Shown here piece by piece: positions 1 to 12,300 of a stretch of 64,000 bases of DNA. The first letter of the stretch is position 1, and each line of letters begins with the position of its first letter. The translations under genes were made by a program, and so were the position numbers. The notes beneath the pieces are model-generated. The model made no database searches, was not told where the DNA came from, and was given only the letters and a program-made list of their open reading frames with translations. Source of the DNA: Laetmonice hystrix (Eukaryota); the NCBI GenBank assembly GCA_965235115.1, contig OZ249445.1:2046001-2110000 (forward strand). The letters run 5' to 3'.

Positions 1-132
1 CACCATAAAACAAACAAAGCAACCCACATGTGACTATGCACCACAGTTTTTGACCTGGAAAAACCTGGTCATGTGAACAACCTAATCATCACATGATCTG
101 GTTCCGTAAACCTACTTGTAATAAGTACATTG

Positions 133-1618
133 GGGCGATTCCATGAAAAAGTGGACAACATAAAAAAAAAATAAAATGCATGAATTGTTTCAAAAATTTA
201 ATTTTACAATCCTAAGAGCCTATATTTTAGAATTTCACATTAATTTTTAAAATCCCATTTCAGTCGTACCATAAATTAACCCCTTTAACCCCCAAGCGAC
301 CGATTTTGGGATTTTTTAGTAAATTTACATGCTATTTTTAAATCAGATAAAGTAAAGTACTTTGACGGGTATTATGATTTACTGCACATTTATTGCTTCA
401 CTGAGATGCATTCTAGTATTTAAAATCTAATTTGAAGTAGTTACAAGTTATTTTAGTTCGTAATCTTAATTTTAAAAATGGCGGACTGATATGTCCCGTA
501 CAACACAAAATCAAGACAATTTATTATGCTGAAGGAGTATGGGATTTTAAAAAACTATTAAATCAAGGATACTCTAACCTCATGATATAAGCAATAAATT
601 GGGATAGTATTGTTTGGTAATTCCTCTTAACTTTTAGTAAATAACAACTTTTCTTCTGTCCCGTACAACACTTTGTCCCGTACAACACGATGTACATGTC
701 CCGTACAACACAGTTCAGGAAGTACGTTAGTTGCTGCCTACCCCCTATGGCTGCCAAAATAAATTAAAAACTCATGAGGTGTGTGAATTCCATTGTCCTC
801 CATCCCCCAGGTTGTTGACACAGACATTTTTTGTGGATTTTCGTGTTTTTTTAAAGATTCAAATGGCACCAAAAAAGGCACTAAATTTGTGTCAAAATTC
901 AGAAATTTTCCTACCTTTGGCCACAAAATTATAAGTTTCAGGGATTTTGATATTTTCTCCTGTTCATGGAAATGTATGCTGTAGGATTATTACCTGAATT
1001 GTTTCAAAAATTTAATTTTCAAGCCCAGAGGGTAATGTCCCAAACCTACATGATGAAATCGGGGGTCCCGGCCAGACCAGGCCCCAACCGTGCCCAGTTG
1101 CCCCGCCATTTTGTTCACAGTCCCTTTTTTCATATGGTGCTTACATTTGAGTAATTATAAGTTTGTTCATTTTCTTTTAAGTTTACATTCTAAATGAAGG
1201 ATAAAAATGTCCCGTACAACACTTTTCGGTGTGTCCCGTACAACACACCACTTTTTCTGATGCTGCCCGTAAACTAAGACAGAAAGAAGAATCAGTGTAT
1301 ATAATTTAATTAGAGACACCATCCAGGTTCTATTTTAGAGTAACGAAAATACAATGATGTAAGCAAGTTCACAGACTTTTTTGAAAATATCACCCAATAT
1401 CAGAAGTTATGTCCATTTTGGTGTCCCGTACAACACGGAACATTTTTTCGAATATGGGGCTATGGTGACAGATAAATGTTGAATTGGTATTACCTGTCAT
1501 TCACCTGGGTGGTAACCCATATAAAACCAATATAACCACCTAACTTTTATAAGGCATATTTAGCACAGAGGGGGGAAACTGCTCTGAATGTCCCGTACAA
1601 CACACTGTGGAATCGCCC
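133..1618. mobile_element. Non-autonomous TIR DNA transposon (Sola2-like termini) in cathepsin D intron 4
   Basis: Terminal inverted repeat GGGCGATTCCA (133) / TGGAATCGCCC (ends 1618) with 4-bp direct repeat ATTG on both sides (129-132, 1619-1622). Eight same-orientation copies of TGTCCCGTACAACAC inside. No transposase ORF. GRG...CYC ends with a 4-bp TSD fit the Sola2 group; family call is tentative. Confidence 0.8.
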
Positions 1619-1658
1619 ATTGGTATTATATCAACTTAGAGAACTTTAGGCTACTTAC

Positions 1659-3226
<1,568 letters not shown>

Positions 3227-3289
3227 TTTGATGCCTCCTTTGCAGCCGGTGTGTGTGACAGACAATCAACAAAGTACGTTCAGCAACTG

Positions 3290-3314
3290 GTCATATGACC
3301 CGCTGGTCATATGA
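3290..3314. promoter_or_regulatory. Two palindromic GTCATATGA(C) E-box-like sites just upstream of the cathepsin D ATG
   Basis: GTCATATGAC at 3290-3299 and GTCATATGA at 3306-3314, 64-88 nt from the ATG. Same geometry as the CLEAR motif GTCACGTGAC but with a TA centre. Confidence 0.4.
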
Positions 3315-3513
3315 TCAGCTGTTGTTGGGTCGCTTAGTGCATCAAGAAAAGTCGGCTTGCATTTTTGTCGTGAGCATTTTGACATCGAAAAATATATTAA
3401 TAATTGAATAGAAAATTATAGAGTTGTATTTTTTCTTTACTCTCATAGATCCAGTATTTCTCTCTCCCTTTCTCTCTCTCTCTAAAAAAAAAACAAAACC
3501 CAGCCTGATAATT

Positions 3514-3624
3514 AGCCTGGTTCCCCAGCCCGCCGCTATTCTCCTTGGCGCTGATGGTCGCTCGCTTATCGAGCGACCGGCCATCAGCGCCAAGGGGCGT
3601 AGCGGCGGGCAGGCGAACCAGGCT
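3514..3624. repeat. 111-bp GC-rich imperfect palindrome (hairpin/MITE-like)
   Basis: Nested inverted arms AGCCTGGTTC/GAACCAGGCT, GCCCGCCGCTA/TAGCGGCGGGC, CCTTGGCGCTGATGG/CCATCAGCGCCAAGG, GGTCGCTCG/CGAGCGACC around a 5-nt loop (CTTAT). Confidence 0.85.
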
Positions 3625-3819
3625 CTGGCGCTACCATAAAAACTTTTTTTTTTTACATTTCTTACTATTTCTTACGATAAAATAAATAAATAGGCATATA
3701 AATTAATTTTATTGGTATCTTTTGCCCCAACAATTTTTCATATATTTATATTACGAGCCTCGATAGAAAAAGTAAAAGTGCCCTTCACTCTGACTGAAAC
3801 AGGTGCTCGTAACAGAGTT

Positions 3820-3890
3820 TTCCGTAAGATGGCGCCACATAGACCGCATCACCGGAAGTAGATTTACAACACGCCGACGCCATCGTTGTT
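3820..3890. promoter_or_regulatory. Probable core of a bidirectional CTSD / THAP-SETDB1 promoter
   Basis: CpG-rich patch between divergent genes, with YY1-type AAGATGGCG (3826-3834) and ETS-type CCGGAAGT (3852-3859). Confidence 0.5.
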
Positions 3891-4701
3891 TTGTTCTTGC
3901 GTGAATCGCACAAGGCAGCATTATCTGCGTGTAGAGGTGTATCGCAAAGCTTGGCTGCACATCGAGTTAAACAGGAGGTTCTGTAATTGTTATGCAATTG
4001 ATAGGCCGAAATTTTCTCATGCACCTAACGGGTGCTTGATCCGAACAGTTGCTGCGCGAACCAAAGCCAAGTTGTGTAGCGTGCACGTTGCCGACTAGCG
4101 GACGGTGGGGGACAGACTAGCCGACCGGCGGTGGTGGCCGGCGCTCGGGTGTGTATTCTGAGAGGGGAGGGGACGCCCTCCTGGTCCTAGGTTCTGACTT
4201 GAGAGGATAAAATATTGACAGGGGTTGGCGTTGTCACCTTTCTAACTCCGCACTGGAACGGTGATCATCTACGACCGCCGGTCCTTTTACCTGTTTTCAG
4301 TGTTTACATAACCTGATGACATTTGTGACCCATTTGTGGCTGGTAATGATTGAAAAAGGGACTTTTTTTGTTTAATTTGTGAAATTGGCATCAGTGTCTG
4401 GTCCCCACTGTCTATCAATGACTTCATATTACAATAATTTTGTGCACCCTCAAATTTTTTACCTTTTCTAACTCTATCACATGAAAACATTTTTTCCACT
4501 TGGCACTTTTTTTACCGTTTTAAAGTAGACCAATGCTGCATAGTTGTTGGAGATCTGGTGATAAGACATTGACATTATTTGATTGATCATAATTGATACC
4601 CGGTACATTGCCTTGTTTCTCATGCTGGAAACGCTGCTATTGTTGGAATCGACAAGACGGACATCGTTGCTGAAAGTAATTGTAACTGTTGAACAAAAGC
4701 C

Positions 4702-4960
4702 ATGGTGAAATGTTGTATACGAGGTTGTCGGAGCTCATCAAAAAATGTCTTCAATGATGCTGTCCGCCTTCATCGGTTCCCCACAAAGAATGAGGAGTTA
4801 CGACGGAAATGGATTAAATTTGCTCTTCGATCTGGAACCAAAATTTCAAAGCTGGATATGAGTGACCGTAACAACACAAGGATATGCAGCCAGCATTTTA
4901 GAGATAGAGATCGAAATGCCAACCCAGAACCATCCATATATCCACCAGACCTCACCCTTG
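4702..4960 (+). CDS. THAP (C2CH zinc-finger) domain exon; probably spliceable to SETDB1
   Basis: MVKCCIRGC...LHRFP...RRKWIKF...RICSQHF...PEPSIYP carries the THAP invariants (C-x-C, P, W, CxxHF, terminal AVPTIF-like box). Strong Kozak GCCATGG. Donor CTTG|GTTAGT at 4960/4961; unspliced it stops at 4965. Confidence 0.9.
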
Positions 4961-5930
4961 GTTAGTAAATGCCATGGTGACCAAGGATATTGTTTGTAGC
5001 CAATGTGTTGTGTGGTTTTAGTATGTACTTTGTAATAGCACAAGAATTTTACCTAGTAGTTGTATGTGTTAATTAGTCTGTGCATGAAAAAGCTGCATCC
5101 ATGTGACCATGTATGTATTTATTTGATCTTTTTTTCACAGGCATGCGAGGGCATCATGATATACATGTTGTATTGCCTTCAGTATACAGGATGTAACATA
5201 GTTAAGGAAATGTGATTACCACTATTTGCTAATTAATTCAAGAAAAAGTGATTAGTATATAGTAAAATTTGACAAGCAAAATCCGAAGCAGTCACAGTTC
5301 TACAGTGTGGCATTTCATAAAAATGAACTGGCCCAAATCTTAGTTTTTAAGTTGCCCTTGGTCCACTGGATGCAAAAAAAAATTGTAAATATTTAGCCTC
5401 CATAAAGTCATACATTCCTTTTAAGTCATAGATAGAAACATAGCCAAAACAATCAGTAATGAAAAAATATTAATCAGTAGTAATATTAAGCAACCTGCAT
5501 GTTGTTTCTTCTTGTTCTGTAGTTGTAGAGCCTTAACTGACTGTCTTGTGATTATTCATAACCATTCATCCAAGTACTAGATCTTTGCAATTGCAATCTC
5601 TTTCACTTATAACTGCCTTCAGTGCCCAACCAGTAATATAGTGTATGGTTACATTAGGACATTTTTTATAATAGACCTGTTTTCCATTAATGTAGTGCCA
5701 TCTACACTGCTGCTAAGTGATGCTCAAGAAGGGCGGGGGTGCACAAGGGGCCATGTGGACCTCACTGCCCTGCTCATAGTGGGTGGCAGTGTTGAGCAAA
5801 CCTGGGATTTAGGGTTTCTCTTTCTAGTGAGCAGTGCAGATGGTCAAAACTGATATGTCAAGATCACAAAGTCAAATTTAAAAAAAATTAAACTACTGTG
5901 GTATTAATTTCCCCATAGGCCTGCACCATA

Positions 5931-6176
5931 CTGCCGTGAAATGACAAAAGGAAGCAAGTCCAAAAGTTCAAGTTTCAAGAAATGGCCATAAACAAGTTGT
6001 CTCTACAGTGCAGTTGGATGGACATGCTTCCTTCTGTCATGTGACTGATAGCTTCATAGAAGGATGTTTAGCAGTACACCCATTGATAGATAGGGCTTAC
6101 TTCCCTGAATCCAAATTTACACTTAAGTCGATTTTGATGAAAGTTGGACTTGCTTCCTTTTGTCATTTCACGGCAG
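5931..6176. mobile_element. MITE between the THAP exon and the first SETDB1 exon
   Basis: 33-bp perfect TIR CTGCCGTGAAATGACAAAAGGAAGCAAGTCCAA (5931-5963 / 6144-6176), flanked by direct repeat CATA (5927-5930, 6177-6180). Confidence 0.85.
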
Positions 6177-6312
6177 CATAATACTAAGCAGTGGTGCAGG
6201 GGGGCCATACAGGAGTGGAAAATGGTGTTTTAGAATATATACATGTAGTGTTGAGCCCAAGGTCTCTGTGTATGTTTCAGTGGACCTGGAAGAAGGGAGT
6301 GCGGAAGCCAAG

Positions 6313-9300
6313 ATGGCAGCCTCTCTAAATCAGGAAGAGGAGGATCTGGCTGGGGAGTACCGTATAACGGGGGTGACATCCAGCTTAGAGGAACTTATCG
6401 ATGCCAAACTCACAGAACTTGACTTTAGCAGCTTAATCAGTGACAGTATTAGTAGGCTTGAAAAGAAGGTTACAGAAGAGCAGCGTGAGTTGTACATTTG
6501 TTTACATTTAGTATTGTTACAAGAATAGATGATGGGTGCCCTTAAATTTTAAATATCTAGTTATTATATAATATATAATAAGATAGAATTATAAGTATAA
6601 ATATATTATAATCCTTACCAGACAATAAGTGACTTTATACTGGGTTTTTCTAAGGTTTTGGTGCCAGTATTTGGGGAAGGAATTGAGAAGTTTGTACGAA
6701 GCTGGCCAATGTCTTAGTTAAACCTCTGTGTTGTACTACAGGAAAGGCCAGGATGGTGAGCAAAATCTTTGCTGATTGTGAGAAGCAGCTGAAATCTTTT
6801 CGTCATGTACTCGAGCAGGAGCAAGATATTGAGACGTAAGTTGGGTGAATCTTTGTTTGAGTGTTCTAAAGGGATGTTTAGAACTGGAAGAAGGGTGCTC
6901 AAGAATAGAAATGTTAGGTTATAGGTATGTAATGGGATGGCTCTCTTCTACTAGTAGACCTGTATGGAGCTATATCACAGGTTGTATCAAAAGCTTATCA
7001 GTGTCAAAGTGTTTCTAATCCAGCTCTGTGAAAGATTAGGTCTGTAATTCATCCTAAAGAATTTTCATTTATTTCCAGACCAGAAATTATTCCCTCCGGT
7101 TCAGACTCGGATGATGATGTTCAGTTTGTTCAAGCAACATTTGAACCAGGTTTTACACGAACAACTAAAGCAACAGGAATGACAAGGTGTGCCCCTTTTT
7201 CTTAGTTCTTAATCAAATCTGTAAAGTTTTTATTATTATTTTGGTATTTAAACTGACTTTATATGATGTAGTTTGTGGAATAATTTGAGCAAGTCACTCT
7301 TATGATAAGATCACGTGTATGGTTGTAGCAATATCAGATTTAAGCTCTGTTTTGATGGGGTATCAGACCCCCACCAGGTTCAATGATGGTGCGTAACAGC
7401 AGAGGGCAGCACCACTACTACATAGCCGGGACCTCAGACAGTGGCCGAATTGTCATGAGACAGGCAAGTGTAGGCTCTAAAGACATGGCAGCCTCGCTTA
7501 GATCTCAGCCCCACTCTAAACAGGTAAGACAAACACCTGATCCTGCTAGAATGGAATGTGTGAACACCTGTTCACATCAGTGACTCTACAAATATTCACT
7601 CTTTATTTTTCATATTATTTTGTCTGCTTTCTTTAGTTCCGTGCATTTTCTCTTTTTTCCATTTAGATTCAGAGCAGACCTTCATTTTATGTCATTAACA
7701 GAAATTGCATTCAGCTATTTTTTGTTTCGTTGTAAAGTCTAGAATAATGCCTGCTGTGAAGAGATGGGATAGATGCAGTATGTACAGTGCAGTCTCATTT
7801 TGTAGATAACAAAGACAGGCCATGTGATAGGGGGAGATCCTGATCTCATCGCTGTCTCAGGCCCACAAGTATTGCGACCCTTGACCACAATTCATGCACC
7901 ACCTCCAAAGCAAATGTGAGTCGGTTGATTAATACTTTACATTATATTCAGCTGCCTGTCAATGTGTCATACGACACAGAAATTTGTCAGGACTTTGGTA
8001 GTTTCAACAAAGTGAGAGATGTGTTTCAGGGACAGGATTTTTTATAGCAAAGATGTGCATACATAGATTGTGTACCTGGTCGCAAGTCACAAAGTCTCAA
8101 GAAAATCAAAATGAAACAATGGAAAAAAGTCTTTAATGTAACAATTCCACCATTTTCACTTTCACTCCTAGATTTTCAGCCCTTTTCCTGAGGTATGGTT
8201 AGGGAATAATAAAGGAAAGGCTATGTTGTGTTTAGTTACATAACGTTTCATTCCAGTTTCTTCACACCAATGTTCATACTTAAAGGCTTTATGTTCCAGT
8301 TTCAGCAGTTTATCATTACTTTCAAAATAAATACTTGTAAATATGATGCCGTCATTACATGCACTCTGTTTGTAGTGACCTTGTGGTTGGAACAAAGCTT
8401 TATGCTAAGAAATTCAACGACATTTGGTACAAGGGAACTCTGATGGAAATTGTCAACAAGGATAAGTCTCGCAATGAGGTAACAGTTTGTCCAGATAATT
8501 TTATAGCCAGCACCTCTGATTTGGTCATTGATAAAATGGAACCCGGTTGTATCCTTTATCTGTGTGTTCTATATGATGAAGTAGTTTCAGTGGTGATATA
8601 TTAAGATGTTACTGTGTCTTTTAGTGGCATGTTACATATAAAATAAATAATTATAATCAAGGAGTTTCATCTCACACTTTTTTTTTAGTGGAAGTACAAA
8701 GTGAAGTTTGACGGGAAAGGATCGAAGGTTTTACCTGGCAAACAGGTGGCATTTGCTGACAGCCCCAAGGACACCTTGCCTGTGGGTAGCAGAGTAGTAG
8801 GTAAGTAAATATGGGAACATTACACCAATGTACTCATTACATTTTATTATCATGTAAGCACCATAACTTCATTTAATGTGAAAAACTATCAGATTTTGTG
8901 TAGTTAAAAAATTGTTGATATTTTTACTGTTACTGTCAGGTTGATGATGCTGAAATTAACTGAATGCTTGGAATGTTTTGGGGATATTTTGTTATTGTGA
9001 TGACATTCTTTCAACACTTTCTGTTACAGCACTGTACAAAGATGAAGAGTTGTCAACAGCAGCATCCTACTATGCTGGTATTGTGGCCGAGTCTCCCAGT
9101 GTGAGGAATACACAGAGGTATGTTGCAGATTGTTCTGTCGGGCTCCCTCTGTTTTTCAAAGATGTCAGCACTGCAGAGGGATAGGGGGCAAAAGGTTTAA
9201 AAAACCACAAACAAGTACTTAAAGTGGTTTAGTTGGAAGCCATCAGGGCCGGTGGTGAGAGTGTAATTTTAATTTTGCTATAAATTTGCTTTTTACTAAC

Positions 9301-12300
9301 TGTATGGTTATTTTGACTTTACAGGTATCTGGTTTTCTTTGATGATGGCTATGCACAGTACTGTTATTCAAGGGAACTCCACAAAGTGTACGAACAAAGT
9401 AAGTATATGTATATAGCAGATTTAGATAAGATAATGGGCTGAAATAAAACCTTGCAAAATGGGTAATTAAGTAAATACTGTACATAACTTTATTTGGATT
9501 CTGTGTGGATGAGGCAAATCACCTAAAAGCTGCCGATGCTACCTTGAAAGTGATTGAATTCCAATCAGCCCCAACTGTTGTTGCTATGGGGTTCTCGCGG
9601 CCATCATCATAATAAAAAATAAATAAAATAAAATTTAAAAAAAAATAATTAAAATAAATGAATAGTTTTATTTAGAACAACCAGTGTTGTTGAGTAATGT
9701 GTGACTGTAGCCTAAAAATTTGTTAACTTTGACATTGAAACATTTCAGGTCGTAATGTCTGGGACGACATCCATCCAGATTCACAAGAGTTTATCAAGAG
9801 TTACCTCAAGCAATATCCTGAGGTGACTGTTATATTTACACAGCGCTATTTAATCTCAAATTTAACTTGAATGTGGACAGACACAACAGTAGCTTGTAAG
9901 AAGGTGTACTGAGTAAGGATAGTCATGGTCTTGTCAGAAACTATGCATTTAATTACAAATGGGAATATACCTCTGGCCTCATCATTTCTTTTTCATTTTC
10001 AGCGACCAATGGTGCGCCTGCAGCCTGGTCAGGTCATCAAGACGGAGTGGAAGGGTCGTTGGTGGACAGCTCGCGTACAGGTTGTTGACGGTAGCCTTGT
10101 AAAGATGTATTTTGATGCTGACAAACGTGTGGAATGGATCTACAGGGGCTCAACCCGTCTGGAGCCACTCTACACTGAATTGGTACAGTAAAAGTTCCTC
10201 CTCGGACATGTGTGCACTCACTATGTACAGTTTGATGTGTGTGCACTCACTATGTGCAGTTTGACATGTGTGCACTCACTATGTGCAGTTTGACATGTGT
10301 GCACTCACTATGTGCAGTTTGACATGTGTGCACTCACTATGTGCAGTTTGACATGTGTGCACTCACTATGTACAGTTTGATCTGTGTGCACTCACTATGT
10401 GCAGTTTGACATGTGTGCACTCACTATGTACAGTTTGACATGTGTGCACTCACTATGTGCAGTTTGACATGTGGGCACTAACTATGTGCAGTTTGACATG
10501 TGTGCACTCACTATGTACAGTTTGACATGTGTGCACTCACTATGTACAGTTTGATCTGTGTGCACTCACTATGTGCAGTTTTGACATGTGTGCACTCACT
10601 ATGTACAGTTTGACATGTGTGCACTCACTATGTACAGTTTGATCTGTGTGCACTCACTATGTGCAGTTTTGACATGTGTGCACTCACTATGTACAGTTTG
10701 ACATGTGTGCACTCACTATGTGCAGTTTGACATGTGTGCACTCACTATGTACAGTTTGATCTGTGTGCACTCACTATGTACAGTTTGATCTGTGTGCACT
10801 CACTATGTACAGTTTGACATGTGTGCACTCACTATGTACAGTTTGATCTGTGTGCACTCACTATGTACAGTTTGACATGTGTGCACTCACTATGTGCAGT
10901 TTTGACACTAGAGGTACCACAGAATTTGGTGGCTGTGGGTGATGGGGCAGGGTTAGGGTTTCTGCTCTGTTTATAAAGATATCCTAAGGGGAGAATGGTA
11001 ATGTAACATGTTAACATTGCAGGCCAATGCTGAGTTATCAAAGACACAAGGGAAAGGTCACAGACGACATAATCTGAACGTGAAGAGTAACAAGAAGCCC
11101 CTGGTGGAGTACCTGAGGGGGACCGAGGAGGATTTCATGAGGCGCAAACAACCAGGACATATGGGCCAACCACAGCGCAAACATCCAGGTATGTTAGGAT
11201 AACATTGCACACCAAAAGGCAGCAAAGGTTCCGTGCTTCAAGACTGGTCTGGTGGCACTTCGTTCGCGAATCCTAGCCATTTTATCTCATTGAGGCCTAC
11301 AGTAAGGAATTATGATGGAATTAATATCTGTGGTCAGTTCTTGATGGTAAGTCTTGGACAGTGTGCATTGTCAGGAACTGTAGTAGATTCTTTTACTTCT
11401 AGTTGCATATCACGGGCCTCAAATGACTGGAGAGCAACTGGTATGTTCCAAGTTGCCTGCGGTCAAGCCTGGAAATATCTACCAGGCTGGTAGCCCTGCA
11501 TCCAGTATTCACACCACCCACCAGCGTGTTGTGTTTACTTCAGGCCACACCACCCCCAGCCCTGCCTCCAGACAGCACAGTGCTGATGGCACACCACCCA
11601 TCACAAATCTCAATACCATCAAAAAACGACCGGTCGCCAGGAAGAGCACCGCTAAGAATCAGCATAATGAGTCTTCAGGAGAAAAACGGCACCGTAAGAA
11701 TGTCTGTTACATTATATGAAAACCAAGGAGATGCTAGAGAACCTGAGGCGACATCTAGCAAATAGATAATTACCAGCCGTTTATAAATGTGCTTTGAAAT
11801 CGGCACTTCATATCTCCAGTATCATTTTATGCATTTTATTTTATCCATTTCAAAAGCATTTCCACGTGCATGTTTTATCTAGATGTTGTAATGCTTTGTG
11901 ACATGCTAATTGATCGAAATGGCAGGAAAGAATTTCTTGCATTCTTGCACATCCATTTTTTACTTTGTTATCTCAGAATATCATGCCAGCAGCCTGAGTC
12001 GTAATGCGGTGGGCCGAGATATGGCTTCAGTTCTCCAGGATAGGCTGGCCAATGAATTCGCTGATGGTACATATCTTTTATTCAAATAACATTGGTATCA
12101 GACAACCAAAACATAATTAAAACTGAGTCGTTGATTGATCAGGCAGTTTAGATCAAATGAAGGATTCTGGTTCAGTGTTTAGTATATTAAAGGTAAAAAG
12201 TCGGATTGCCTTTTCCACCATTGGTTGATGTTATTTAAGCATGTATTGTCAAATTTTTCAGATGAGGAAGCCCTAGGAGAGAGGATGCAAATAGACCGTG

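Noticed and set aside
5641-5853. ORF that could be a further phase-1 cassette between THAP and SETDB1
   Set aside because: The donor (G|GTCAAA) is poor and the peptide is unrecognisable, so it is not supported without transcript data.
4300-6280. THAP as the start of an active P-element/THAP9 transposase
   Set aside because: No transposase core exons, TIRs or 8-bp TSD were found nearby; downstream sequence is intron-like and leads into SETDB1.
10205-10906. Regular arrays of 29, 28, 37 and 20 bp resembling CRISPR repeats
   Set aside because: Units are directly adjacent with no unique spacers, there are no cas genes, and the context is eukaryotic.
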